Shown in pieces: positions 54,722-64,000 of a stretch of 64,000 bases of DNA. The position numbers were made by a program, and so were the translations under genes. The notes beneath the pieces were generated by a model. That model was given only the letters and a program-made list of their open reading frames with translations, made no database searches and was not told the origin of the DNA. The stretch's first letter is position 1, and each line of letters begins with the position of its first letter. Source of the DNA: a virus; IMG/VR virus record IMGVR_UViG_3300007512_002775, positions 10,948-74,947 of that record; one strand, 5' to 3'.

Positions 54722-55160
54722 CTTTTTCACTTTTTAGCCACTCTATGTATCGCTTTAAAGAACCGTCGTCGCTAACGACTCGCTCCCAGTCTCCCAAACA
54801 AAATACCTTATAGCAATCATCTGCGTATTCGCCACATGCATACAACTCAGAAGGCATATGCCAGTCCATGGAGTCAAATTCTTGTGAGAATCTAATCAGT
54901 GATTTACTGCGACGATTGTACAGGCCGAGCGGCCTCAGCAGCTCTGCCAATTCACCTGGTTCTGCTTCTGACATTACTCTAGCAGACGGGTACCTATCAA
55001 ATAATGCTGGGTAGACTCTATCGACTTGTTTTCTAGCTGTTTGGTTATGCAGGATGCATGCCACTAAGATCTTCCAAGTGTCAGGCCATAAATCTTCTTG
55101 CAACATGCCTATAGGCGACTTAGGCGGCTTCCAAGCTAGATCAAGGAAAAACTCATGCAT
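54714..55160 (-). CDS. HhH DNA glycosylase, MBD4-like
   Basis: WxPPxSP..LQE.L..D.WK.L...I..N.T, LxPLGL, GxYxxDxYxxF, D..L..Y..WL. Confidence 0.8.
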   Translation of the reverse strand: MHEFFLDLAWKPPKSPIGMLQEDLWPDTWKILVACILHNQTARKQVDRVYPALFDRYPSARVMSEAEPGELAELLRPLGLYNRRSKSLIRFSQEFDSMDWHMPSELYACGEYADDCYKVFCLGDWERVVSDDGSLKRYIEWLKSEKDA

Positions 55161-55187
55161 AATGAATTTTAAAAAATAATGCCAGAT

Positions 55188-55994
55188 TTACAATCTACTG
55201 TTGACAGAAATTATTTCGATCGGAGTCGCTATATACTCGTTCCACAGACTGGTCTCTACCTTGGCATCACAAGAATCCAACTCATAACACAAGTTGTCAA
55301 TCCCACGCCCAGGATAACCCAATCGATACATATTGCAGGCGCGTCGACCATTATCGAGTGCCATGGATTTTATATCGCTCCTGAATCCTGCGCGGACGTT
55401 ACCGATGAATTGAACTAATACAACAGACTCACTGCGGAAAAACGGCCGTTCCATCACTGTGAAGCTAGATATGTCATATTCTATCCCGGCAGCTATGGAA
55501 TCGATTAACCGTCGAGCACCGGACTCAGTCGTGTAATGATTTAATTGCTTGGGATTATAAACAGTGCCGTAAACCTGTTGAGTAAACTCTTCGTCGAGCA
55601 TCACATAAGGCTCCATATCGCCGCGAGAATAAAAATAAGCAAATTTTAGCTTAGTGATATCCGGAAAGTAACTGCCGTATTCTTTCTCAAACGTCCAAAA
55701 CCTGTGATTGACAAAATCTTCAACAAAATCCAAAACATTCTTCTCAGTCAATAAATCCCACCGCTGCACCTCATTGTGGAGTTGATAACCAAAGTATTCC
55801 GTAACCAGCTCAAGAAAATTATCAAAATCTTGAATGTTACATATTTGGGGGTGTTTACAACTCATCTGCCCACCGCGCGAGTCTAACCCTTGGCCTTGGA
55901 AGTTCAAGAGGTGATCGACCACGTGCTCCCATTCACTTAGCGTATGAAACGATGATGCTGGCTTCATGTATCCACGAACTTTTACGCTTGGCAC
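55188..55994 (-). CDS. Hypothetical protein
   Basis: Long ORF in operon; HYT motif. Confidence 0.65.
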   Translation of the reverse strand: MPSVKVRGYMKPASSFHTLSEWEHVVDHLLNFQGQGLDSRGGQMSCKHPQICNIQDFDNFLELVTEYFGYQLHNEVQRWDLLTEKNVLDFVEDFVNHRFWTFEKEYGSYFPDITKLKFAYFYSRGDMEPYVMLDEEFTQQVYGTVYNPKQLNHYTTESGARRLIDSIAAGIEYDISSFTVMERPFFRSESVVLVQFIGNVRAGFRSDIKSMALDNGRRACNMYRLGYPGRGIDNLCYELDSCDAKVETSLWNEYIATPIEIISVNSRL

Positions 55995-56689
55995 TTCGTA
56001 CTCCTATATGCTTCGACCGCGATGGGCCAAAGTTCCTCGGCAATAAGTAGACACCCTTCCGCAACTTTCTGGATTTCCCATTGGGCCCCAGGATGCATCC
56101 TCAAGTCAATGAACTTGAGAAGATTACTCAGATTTACTGTGCCGTAATATTCAGTATAGAGGTTCTGGGGGAGAACTCCTCTGGCTTGTTCTCTGCATAC
56201 GCCTGCAGTGAGAAGATCTTCATAGAGTTTGAGCGATTTTTTATGGTGCCTTTTAATGATGGTAGAAGCATATCCCAATCGTTTCTTGATAAAAGGCAAG
56301 AATTTCCCTTCAGTGGATGCTTGTCGATTAGATTTGCTCTGTGCGCGCAATCTCTCAGGCTCGTAAAACCGAATGTCAATATCAGTATATCGTCTGGAGA
56401 TTTCATTATAAGACCAAGTTCTATGCCGATGATGTTGGCTACGTACAAACAACGGTACTACAAATCTGAGTGTTACTACGTTGTGTTCAAAGGTGGACGT
56501 ATGCTTGTGCCTCACCAGATAGTCAATTAGTTTTTTGTCGCGATCATCCAGAGCACTTTTATGCTTACCGAAGGAGACACGGGCAGCATTGACGATCGTC
56601 AGATCGTCTCCCATGTGGTCCACATATTCTACGGATCCGATGCCATCATCATAGAGCGAGACTCGTTTAACGTGCCCCTCCTCACTCAT
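55982..56689 (-). CDS. thyX: Flavin-dependent thymidylate synthase
   Basis: AARVS, HxSxFEH, RHRxxSYNEISRRY, EQARxVLP, AQWEI. Confidence 0.96.
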   Translation of the reverse strand: MSEEGHVKRVSLYDDGIGSVEYVDHMGDDLTIVNAARVSFGKHKSALDDRDKKLIDYLVRHKHTSTFEHNVVTLRFVVPLFVRSQHHRHRTWSYNEISRRYTDIDIRFYEPERLRAQSKSNRQASTEGKFLPFIKKRLGYASTIIKRHHKKSLKLYEDLLTAGVCREQARGVLPQNLYTEYYGTVNLSNLLKFIDLRMHPGAQWEIQKVAEGCLLIAEELWPIAVEAYRSTKCQA

Positions 56690-57288
56690 TTCATTTTGAT
56701 CTTTACGTCGATATCAACACAGAGTGTGGGAAGCTTCAAGTGGTTCGCTAAATCGTGCTCCTTGGCCTCTTTGGCATCTAAAAACCAATCAGCGTGGCCA
56801 CGCTCGTGAACTAAATTGAGAAAGTACTTGGGGGTATGACCACAGTTTTTTGCCATCATCTTATAGACTAATTGGTTAAGCCTTTCCGTCTCTTCGGCCG
56901 ACGCTTTTATCTCTTCCACCTTTCCAATCTCCATGGAAGATACATCGTGAATCATTAGCGTGGCATGCGCGTCCATGTAACGATGGCCATCAGTGCCAAA
57001 TGAAAAAAGAATGGCACCACAAGACATCGCTTTACCTTCCACGATGGTTGCAATTGGTAACTCTGCATTCTTAATGGCAGCTATCATGGCCATCAACGAA
57101 TAGACTTGGCCACCATAAGAGTCGATAACAATCGGAATAATATCTTGGCCAGTATTATGTGCCTGAGCTACTTCGTTGGCGAATTTTTTTGCTGCATCTT
57201 CTGTGAACTTGTTTACGCGAATAATGACGGGCGGCTTTCGCAACTCCACTTCTTTCAAGAGTGGAGAAATCGTAATCTTATGTTTCAT
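56686..57288 (-). CDS. ClpP-family protease
   Basis: IDSYGG, AMSCG (Ser), MIHD (His), DWF...EA. Confidence 0.88.
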   Translation of the reverse strand: MKHKITISPLLKEVELRKPPVIIRVNKFTEDAAKKFANEVAQAHNTGQDIIPIVIDSYGGQVYSLMAMIAAIKNAELPIATIVEGKAMSCGAILFSFGTDGHRYMDAHATLMIHDVSSMEIGKVEEIKASAEETERLNQLVYKMMAKNCGHTPKYFLNLVHERGHADWFLDAKEAKEHDLANHLKLPTLCVDIDVKIKMK

Positions 57289-57374
57289 CTCGTTGAAGCG
57301 CCCTCTCTTGAAAAACTACTACTGCAGCAAACACAAGGCTTGATACAATCATAAGTAGAGTCCAGGCGCCCCAT
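57285..57374 (-). CDS. Possible 29-aa Cys-containing micropeptide
   Basis: MGRLDSTYDCIKPCVCCSSS...; ATG right after nrdJ stops, TGA overlaps clpP ATG. Confidence 0.35.
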   Translation of the reverse strand: MGRLDSTYDCIKPCVCCSSSFSREGASTR

Positions 57375-57377
57375 TTA

Positions 57378-59846
57378 TTAGCTGCACTTACTGTAACCGC
57401 ATGAAGTGCACATCATGCAGCCTTCTTGGTATATCAGCGAACCTTCCGACTCACAATTTTGACACGCTTGTATGCTGACTTTAGTACCATTGACGATATA
57501 TTTTTTTAGAACCCTAGCTGTCACCCTAGCAAACGAAAACATATCTGCTTCTCTATCTTTTTGCAGCTGCTCGACTACGTACTGTATAGATGCGCCGTGC
57601 CGCAAAGCCAACGAAATGATTCTCGTAAAAGCAGAATGATTAGGGTTGTCAAATACCTTTACGACGTCTTTTACTGCCAATTGATCGCCATTTTTGTCAA
57701 TCACTAAATCGTATCTGGAATCTTTTGTCTTGTACGGGTGCTTTATCAACTCGCCTTGCTTGTGCTTCTTGGGAATCTCGATGTATTGCTGCAACCCACC
57801 CATGATTTCATATGGACGTTCATCCATCAAACCGACCAAAATCGTCCAGGCTTCGCCCTGGATTGTTGCGTGGTGAATATCGCACTCAAGCGTATCAGGC
57901 CGTTTAGGCGCGCTATGCGATTTAAAGCGCTGATCATTTGGATCTTCTTTAGCTGCAACTAGTACTCCTGCCCTGCAGCCATCTCGATATACAGTAACCC
58001 CCTTAAGGTGCTTTTTCCAGCCTCGCCAATACACCTTCTGAACTTCTTCGGCCGATGCGTCGTTCGGCAAATTAATAGTTTTGCTAATAGCGTGGCACAC
58101 CCATTTTTGAGCCGCGGCTTGGAGGTCGACAGCCGATTCCCAATCGATTTCATTAGCTGTAGATCCTGCATAAGGACTATTTGCGACACCAGTTTTTCCG
58201 GTAGCATCCATCCATTGCTTGAAACCGTGATGATATACTTCGAATTCCTGCCAGCGATCTCCTAGGTCGTCAATGAAATCAACCGCTGCTTCTGGATTGT
58301 CGTGATTAATTTTTTTACGCCTAGTGTACTTTAGCATGAAAGCCGGCTCTATCCCAGATGTGGTTTGAGTCAACGTAGAAACGCTACCACAGGGCGCAGT
58401 AGTTGTCAAAGCAATGTTTCGTCTCCCGTAGCGCTTATGTAAACCCCGGAGCTCCGGAGAGGTGCTAAACAGACGCTCGATGAAGGGGTTACCTTTTTCT
58501 TTCTCGAAATCATAAACTGGAAATGCGCCGCGTTCTCGCGCTAGATAACACGAAGATTCATAGGCAGATACTGCTAGCTGGCGATATATAGCCTCCGTTT
58601 CTCTGATGCTTTCAGAAGACCCGTATTGTAATCCAAGCATGGCCAGAGTGTCTCCTAAACCAGTTATGCCTAGTCCTGTGCGGCGGCCTTGAAGCGCCGC
58701 GTGTCGGATCTTTTTCCACAAGTTGACTTCAGTGCGCTTAACTTCCTCGGCCTCAGAATCGACGGCTATTTTTTCTAATATCTGATCAACACACTCAATC
58801 TCGAGATCGATGAGATCATCCATAAGGCGCTGCGCCTTGATCGTTTTTTCACTAAAATCTCGATAATCGAACGTCGCGTTCTGGGTAAATGGATTACGAA
58901 CAAAAGAAGTTAGATTCAATAACAACAACCGGCAACTATCATAAGCAGAGAGGGTTATTTCGCTGCACGGATTGGTGCTAATCGTGTGAAAACCGTCGTC
59001 CTTGTAAGCATCAGCGGGGGAATACTTTAAAATATTATCCCAAAAAAGCAAGCCCGGCTCTGCAGACGCATGAGCAGACTCTATAATTTCATCCCAGAGT
59101 ACTCGCGCCGAGGTCCACTCAGAGACCATCCGTTCAGCGTCAGGCTCGACCGGGAATCGAAGTTCGTAGTCTTGGCGCTGCTCCACAGCTTCCATAAATT
59201 CGTCGGTAAGACGGATGGAAATGTTGGCCCCCGTCACCTTTGTCAGATTACGTTTGATATTGATAAATGTTCTGATATCCGGATGATGCACAGAAACTGT
59301 CAACATCAGTGCGCCGCGGCGGCCGCCCTGTGCTACTTCTCGACAGGAGTTAGAAAATCGCTCCATGAAAACACCGATACCATCAGTAGTCTTTGCAGCA
59401 TTCGAAGTCGGTAGGCCGGTGGGACGGATGGTAGAAATGTCAAACCCCACGCCGCCCCGGCGCTTCATGATTTGTACTTGTTCTTGATCAGTTTTAAGGA
59501 TACCTCCATACGAATCTTGTGGGGAATCAACCACAAAACAATTAGACAGAGATTGAATCTGGTGAGGATTTCCGATTCCCGCCATCGGGGATCCTTGGGG
59601 GACTATAAAAGAAAAATCCTTGAGTAGCCCATAGATCTCATCTTCTCCCATGGGGTTATCGTACCCCTGTTCAATCCGAGCAAATTCCTTTGCTAAACGA
59701 TGGTGCATTTGATCCGGATTGGATTCTATATAATTGCCTTCGCCGTCCTGTAACGCGTACTTGGTGGCAAAGACTGAAGCTGCTAACTCATCGCCACGAA
59801 AGTACTCCAAGCTCTCTTCGTAAACTTGATCAAAAGTTTTTGACAT
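57378..59846 (-). CDS. nrdJ: Class II (B12-dependent) ribonucleotide reductase
   Basis: SNCFV, GGRRGA, TNPCSE, TTAPCG, ISKTINLP, YRDG, C-terminal CxxC...CxxCGYSKC; no beta subunit nearby. Confidence 0.93.
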   Translation of the reverse strand: MSKTFDQVYEESLEYFRGDELAASVFATKYALQDGEGNYIESNPDQMHHRLAKEFARIEQGYDNPMGEDEIYGLLKDFSFIVPQGSPMAGIGNPHQIQSLSNCFVVDSPQDSYGGILKTDQEQVQIMKRRGGVGFDISTIRPTGLPTSNAAKTTDGIGVFMERFSNSCREVAQGGRRGALMLTVSVHHPDIRTFINIKRNLTKVTGANISIRLTDEFMEAVEQRQDYELRFPVEPDAERMVSEWTSARVLWDEIIESAHASAEPGLLFWDNILKYSPADAYKDDGFHTISTNPCSEITLSAYDSCRLLLLNLTSFVRNPFTQNATFDYRDFSEKTIKAQRLMDDLIDLEIECVDQILEKIAVDSEAEEVKRTEVNLWKKIRHAALQGRRTGLGITGLGDTLAMLGLQYGSSESIRETEAIYRQLAVSAYESSCYLARERGAFPVYDFEKEKGNPFIERLFSTSPELRGLHKRYGRRNIALTTTAPCGSVSTLTQTTSGIEPAFMLKYTRRKKINHDNPEAAVDFIDDLGDRWQEFEVYHHGFKQWMDATGKTGVANSPYAGSTANEIDWESAVDLQAAAQKWVCHAISKTINLPNDASAEEVQKVYWRGWKKHLKGVTVYRDGCRAGVLVAAKEDPNDQRFKSHSAPKRPDTLECDIHHATIQGEAWTILVGLMDERPYEIMGGLQQYIEIPKKHKQGELIKHPYKTKDSRYDLVIDKNGDQLAVKDVVKVFDNPNHSAFTRIISLALRHGASIQYVVEQLQKDREADMFSFARVTARVLKKYIVNGTKVSIQACQNCESEGSLIYQEGCMMCTSCGYSKCS

Positions 59847-59872
59847 CCACTTGTCTCCACAGACTCAAAAAT

Positions 59873-60409
59873 TCACTCGCCCTCTTCGCCTTCGACAGCC
59901 TGAATCTGTTGATCCGAACTGCCGACAATACCGGCTTGCCTCTTGTATCCTTTGGTCTCTTCTAAGAATTCTAAATTGCTTATTACTCTAAAATCCGTAA
60001 AGCATCGCACTATTACTAACTGCAGTGGCAATTTGGCTCCAGCAGGGATGTTCGTATCTCGTTCTCCAATATTGACAAGATTAACAAAAATCTCTCCAGT
60101 ATATCCTGGATCGATAACGCCACCGCGAATTACTAATCCGGTATGTATTATACTTCCTCTTCCACGGATCAATCCGACGCAGCCTGCAGGAACATCGATT
60201 TTGACTCCGGTAGGGAGTAGTATTGGTTGCTCTCCTAATACCGACCACTTAGTCCTGCCCATAACTTGGGCGTCGTCTCCAGCGTTATATAGATCCAGCC
60301 CGGCGGATTCTCCGTCATAAGCGGTGCCATAGGATTCTGGAGTTATGCCATGCGCGTGCAGCACAGCGGCACCCCGATCTGTCAAACTCAACTTAACGGA
60401 TTCAATCAT
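59873..60409 (-). CDS. Divergent trimeric dUTPase-family protein
   Basis: AGLDL, RGS, GVIDPGYTGE, QL, RxxGxxGSS. Confidence 0.85.
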   Translation of the reverse strand: MIESVKLSLTDRGAAVLHAHGITPESYGTAYDGESAGLDLYNAGDDAQVMGRTKWSVLGEQPILLPTGVKIDVPAGCVGLIRGRGSIIHTGLVIRGGVIDPGYTGEIFVNLVNIGERDTNIPAGAKLPLQLVIVRCFTDFRVISNLEFLEETKGYKRQAGIVGSSDQQIQAVEGEEGE

Positions 60410-61799
60410 GGCCCACTTCCTTCCATTTTTTCCTCAGTAATTCCTTCATGTCTCCATTACTTTGATTTACTGCCTCGTCTAGGGTGAGTGCGCTCTCGTT
60501 GATAATATCAAATTTACTCTTAGAAGTATCGATGTGAATAGGAAAAACTAAACCATCTTTTCCAGCTCTGTTTTTTGCAACAAAAAGCCGTGCTGCTCCA
60601 GTAGATTTTTCAATCGCTTTCCTAGAGAGCGAAATGACAACGTCGGCTACCATTGCCTTGCCATAAGCTTCAGACATGTTTTCTAGCCCAACTATATCAG
60701 AGTTAGCGGAATCCCGATTGGCCTGGGAGGCTGTCCATATCGGAACCCTCAGATCCATAGCCATATTTCTTAATTCTTCATAGATCAACTTAAGCTCGTG
60801 CCGTAGGGAGTCGTAACTTTTGGTCGAACGCATGATGTCTGCGTAGTCTATGATGATGACAGACGGAACGAATCCTTTTAGCATTAATTTTTCAACATGA
60901 TTTCGAAGAGTTATAGAAGAAGCACTTCCCGTAGGATACTCTTTTATGATCAGTCTTCCTAGTTCCATCTCTTCGTATTGTTTGAGCACCTCTTCTTTAC
61001 GATCTTGTACGTTGTTAGATGCCACATTACACAGGTTGGAATCATAACGTAAACCCACTGCGTATTCGGTGAGTTCGAACGTATAGTGCAAAACGTTTTT
61101 TCCCGCTCTCATTGCATTAGCACCCATCGCAACTAGCCAGTGGCTTTTACCAACACCAGTGTTTGCTGTTACCACGCCCATCTCGCCGCGGCCCAGGCCT
61201 CCCCGCAAAACGTCGTGAGCATCCAAGCGCGGCAAGCCAGTGGGACACACTTGCCTGTTGACTTTTACGAATCGTGCCTCGGCATCTTCAAAGAAATCGT
61301 GGCCGGAACTAGAGGGAAGACCGACCGAAACTGCTTTTTTCATGAGAGATAGAACGCTCTCAAATTTTTCAGTTTGAATGAGATCAACAGCTTCTTCTAA
61401 GGCGTCTTTAAACGCTTGCTTGCGACAAAAATCTAGTGCCTTATCTTTGACAAATGCAAGATCAGCTAAATCAGTGCTGGCTTTGATCCTGTGCAAAAAA
61501 TGCACTATCTGATCCCTGAGAATAATGTCGTCGTTGTCAGTTAGGTCATCTCTTACGATGGTTACCAATAACCCCAAAGATGGAAAGCACTTGTATTGTT
61601 GGAAGTAGGTGAAGTACTTCTCAGAGAGGTACTGCAAATAACGAACATCAAAAAAGGATGGGTTCATTATTTCAACCATTTGGGTGGCCCATGGTTTGTC
61701 CGTCATTAGACTTTGAAATATTTTTTCTTGAAAAGCTTTGCCGTACGTGCTGAAGTGTGGGGTGGCGTAATCTGTTTGGATCACTTCTCTATCTACCAT
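60402..61799 (-). CDS. Replicative helicase (DnaB/T4 gp41-like)
   Basis: ANTGVGKS, IKEYP, IDYAD, WTASQANR, KNR. Confidence 0.93.
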   Translation of the reverse strand: MVDREVIQTDYATPHFSTYGKAFQEKIFQSLMTDKPWATQMVEIMNPSFFDVRYLQYLSEKYFTYFQQYKCFPSLGLLVTIVRDDLTDNDDIILRDQIVHFLHRIKASTDLADLAFVKDKALDFCRKQAFKDALEEAVDLIQTEKFESVLSLMKKAVSVGLPSSSGHDFFEDAEARFVKVNRQVCPTGLPRLDAHDVLRGGLGRGEMGVVTANTGVGKSHWLVAMGANAMRAGKNVLHYTFELTEYAVGLRYDSNLCNVASNNVQDRKEEVLKQYEEMELGRLIIKEYPTGSASSITLRNHVEKLMLKGFVPSVIIIDYADIMRSTKSYDSLRHELKLIYEELRNMAMDLRVPIWTASQANRDSANSDIVGLENMSEAYGKAMVADVVISLSRKAIEKSTGAARLFVAKNRAGKDGLVFPIHIDTSKSKFDIINESALTLDEAVNQSNGDMKELLRKKWKEVGHD

Positions 61800-61804
61800 T
61801 TATT

Positions 61805-62758
61805 TTATCCCTTACAGGCGTTGACGGACGCGAAAAAAGCATCAATATCAAAGTTAGAAATACCTTCACGTAACATTAATCTTGCAAGGGACATTTTATT
61901 AGCGTAAGATGAAAAATTTTCAATTGAATGTTCCAGCTTTTTAATCTGATCAGCAGATAAGTTCACTGTATCTAAATACATCAGCTTCCAATTTCGTCGC
62001 GAGATTTCTTCGTATTCGATCATGTTTTCGAACAACTTAAGCTTTTTTTCCTGTAAGCGATCTCTAGCCGTATTTATGAGGGTTTCAACAGAAACAAATT
62101 CGTCTCCAGACAACTCTGGAAATCTTTTAGCTAACGATGCAAAACCTGCACGAGGGACCCCATCGATCTTATCAGAGCCATCGCCTACAAAGGCGCGCGC
62201 GGTACAAAAATTAGTAGCACTCACCCCATATTTCTCGATTAAAGTTTTTATGGTAATATATTTTTTTTGCCCAGGTGACCACTGTATTACTCTTTTAGAA
62301 AGCAGCTGATACAGATCCCTATCGGATGATGCTACGACGCATCGATCGTCGCAAAACGTGTATTTTACTAAGTAAGCTATCAAGTCATCAGCCTCACAGT
62401 CTGCGACATACAACTGAGTTACCGGGACTGTTTTTAAGAGATCGATAATTTTAGCAACTTGGCCGCTCCTGTTCTGGACAGAGTCTGGGATGTCGTCTTC
62501 GTAAAACCTGTTGAGCTTTGCCGGTCGGCGGCTCTCTTTATAATTTTTGAGAATGGCTCGCCTCCTTGGGGAACCTCCGCCTTCCCATGCTATCACAACG
62601 CGAGACGGGGATATCCTATCACACAGATGCCATACTCCCTTCATAAAACCCACGATTCCGCCAACTGGCTCGCCATGGTCGCTCATGCTAGGATTGGCAA
62701 TGTAATGTCGCATGAAAAAATTCAGGCCATCAATGATAAGAATTGGCCGGGAAATCAA
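61805..62758 (-). CDS. 5'-3' exonuclease / flap endonuclease (second copy)
   Basis: IIDGLN, YKxxR, EADD, SSDRDLYQL, GDGSDxIxGV. Confidence 0.9.
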   Translation of the reverse strand: MISRPILIIDGLNFFMRHYIANPSMSDHGEPVGGIVGFMKGVWHLCDRISPSRVVIAWEGGGSPRRRAILKNYKESRRPAKLNRFYEDDIPDSVQNRSGQVAKIIDLLKTVPVTQLYVADCEADDLIAYLVKYTFCDDRCVVASSDRDLYQLLSKRVIQWSPGQKKYITIKTLIEKYGVSATNFCTARAFVGDGSDKIDGVPRAGFASLAKRFPELSGDEFVSVETLINTARDRLQEKKLKLFENMIEYEEISRRNWKLMYLDTVNLSADQIKKLEHSIENFSSYANKMSLARLMLREGISNFDIDAFFASVNACKG

Positions 62759-63943
62759 TTACCCCTCCGGATCAATGAGGTCTGATTCAAGCTCCAAAGA
62801 AAGCGCTCTCACCTCTTCATAAGCCTCAGCATCAATCGCGATGCCATCGGAAGTACTCATTTTTCTAACCATGGCCCGATTAAGAAGAGCGTCTAGGTAT
62901 TTAGAGTATTGAGGATCCTTTAAGAGTTTATCAAAATCAGCTTTATAAAACTTCTTTTCAAGAACAGTCTCCCCCGTTTCTGCCTTCTCCACTTTTAATA
63001 CTTTCCACGTCCCCGTTCCAGACACGGAAACTTCATAACCGTCGATGGTTTCTTTGCCATGCTTACGAAGTTCATCAAACACTTGCTCATGTTCTTTGAT
63101 GCCAACTCCAAAGTGGATCTCAAACTTGCAATCTCTAAAAGGCGCTGATACTTTGTTTTTAATCGTCTTAGCAGTAACATGGATCCCAACGACGTTTTTA
63201 TTTTTATCTTGAATCTGCTGGCCGGCGCCGAGTTTTATCCGCACTGACGAGTGAAACGGTATTGCTTTTCCGCCGGGTGTAGTCGTGGGGTCTCCATACA
63301 TGACTCCAATCTTCGTACGAATTTGATTCAGGATCAAAAACAAAACGTTTTGATTAGCAATCACACCCGTGATCTTACGCATGCCTTTCGATATCGCCCG
63401 GGCTTGCAGGCCGATGGTTTCCTTGTCATAGTCACCGATGAGTTCTGCCTTTGGAGACGAAGCAGCCACGGAATCCCAAATGATCGTTATAGGAACGTCT
63501 TTGTCCATCGCTTTTGCCTTAAGGATCGTCGACTCTGCAATGGAGAGCACCTCTTCGGTGCAGTGGGTATCGACATAAACAAACCTCTTCGTGATGTCTA
63601 CACCTAGAAGAGATAAATTCTCGACCGACGTGGCATTCTCCGTGTCTATGTAGACCACAATGCCTCCCATCTGCTGGGTCGATCTGGCTACTTGAATTGC
63701 TATGTGAGATTTGCCGATTCCCGGAGGGCCGAAAACTTCGACGATCCGGCCCTCCGGAAGGCCACCGGCCGGCCTATTGGAAGTAATATAATCTAACAGT
63801 TGAGAACCGGTACTGATCCAGCGTTTAACATGCGTTGGAGAAGTATCATGCGCTAAATTATAGGCAACCTTAGAACCGTGTTCTTTGTTAAGCGAACTTA
63901 TAAGCTCAGAGGTGAAACTATCATTAATTTTCTTTTTTGCCAT
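62759..63943 (-). CDS. recA: RecA/UvsX recombinase
   Basis: ISTG, GGLPxGR, GPPGIGKS, IDTE, DSVAA, NQIR, PGGKA, KNKV. Confidence 0.95.
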   Translation of the reverse strand: MAKKKINDSFTSELISSLNKEHGSKVAYNLAHDTSPTHVKRWISTGSQLLDYITSNRPAGGLPEGRIVEVFGPPGIGKSHIAIQVARSTQQMGGIVVYIDTENATSVENLSLLGVDITKRFVYVDTHCTEEVLSIAESTILKAKAMDKDVPITIIWDSVAASSPKAELIGDYDKETIGLQARAISKGMRKITGVIANQNVLFLILNQIRTKIGVMYGDPTTTPGGKAIPFHSSVRIKLGAGQQIQDKNKNVVGIHVTAKTIKNKVSAPFRDCKFEIHFGVGIKEHEQVFDELRKHGKETIDGYEVSVSGTGTWKVLKVEKAETGETVLEKKFYKADFDKLLKDPQYSKYLDALLNRAMVRKMSTSDGIAIDAEAYEEVRALSLELESDLIDPEG

Positions 63944-64000
63944 CTATCTTCCGTCCAGTGTTGCAATAATAAAATTACAAAAGTCAGTGTTCAAATATAA

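Noticed and set aside
55188-55994. ADP-ribosyltransferase call from the HYT motif
   Set aside because: One short motif only; remaining catalytic residues cannot be placed by eye
49748-63943. Inteins or introns in dnaE, nrdJ, helicase, recA
   Set aside because: Lengths are normal and no C...HN splice junctions or LAGLIDADG motifs are seen
1-64000. Eukaryotic giant virus origin (SET, PMM, MBD4-like, type II TK)
   Set aside because: Shine-Dalgarno sites, overlapping operons, sigma70, DnaE, peptidoglycan peptidase and holin indicate a bacteriophage
1-64000. Cellular chromosome origin (groEL, aceAB, tilS, def, recA)
   Set aside because: Genes are divergent and lack their usual neighbours, are interleaved with many tiny ORFs, and sit with a gp41-type helicase and lysis-like genes; no capsid or terminase is in this window, so the call rests on context
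1-64000. Stop-codon reassignment
   Set aside because: Conserved genes are full length in code 11, and TAG, TGA and TAA all end genes at tight junctions
1-64000. tRNA, rRNA or CRISPR arrays
   Set aside because: No cloverleaf/T-arm signature or spaced direct repeats seen in the short intergenic gaps; a tRNAscan/Infernal run would be needed to exclude them fully

Overview
This 64 kb window reads as part of a large (jumbo-type) tailed bacteriophage genome. It is very gene-dense, almost entirely minus-strand, uses the standard bacterial code with Shine-Dalgarno sites, and contains many small ORFs. Right end: a replication and nucleotide block (RecA/UvsX, DnaB/gp41 helicase, 5'-3' exonuclease, dUTPase, class II RNR, ClpP, ThyX, MBD4-like and Fpg glycosylases, DnaE). 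Next to it is a DNA-modification cluster built around a cytosine-type thymidylate-synthase homologue, with an amino-acid:DNA-transferase-like gene, a PLP enzyme and a GDSH/SGNH-like protein. Middle: probable late/virion-associated genes sharing a short 'LRxxIRE/LxE' peptide tag and an ATAnTTA upstream motif, plus a holin/spanin-like cluster. Left: host-takeover and auxiliary metabolic genes, including GroEL, an apparently split sigma70 factor, peptide deformylase, TilS, IMPDH/GMPR, a SET domain, IscA, archaeal-type GAPDH, eukaryote-type PMM and a complete aceB-aceA glyoxylate shunt. Envelope proteins (a CglF/GltF-like peptide and a Cys-repeat VWA lipoprotein) suggest a Myxococcota/Bdellovibrionota-type host. 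No tRNA, rRNA or CRISPR array was recognised. All calls come from motif reading by eye, with no database searches.
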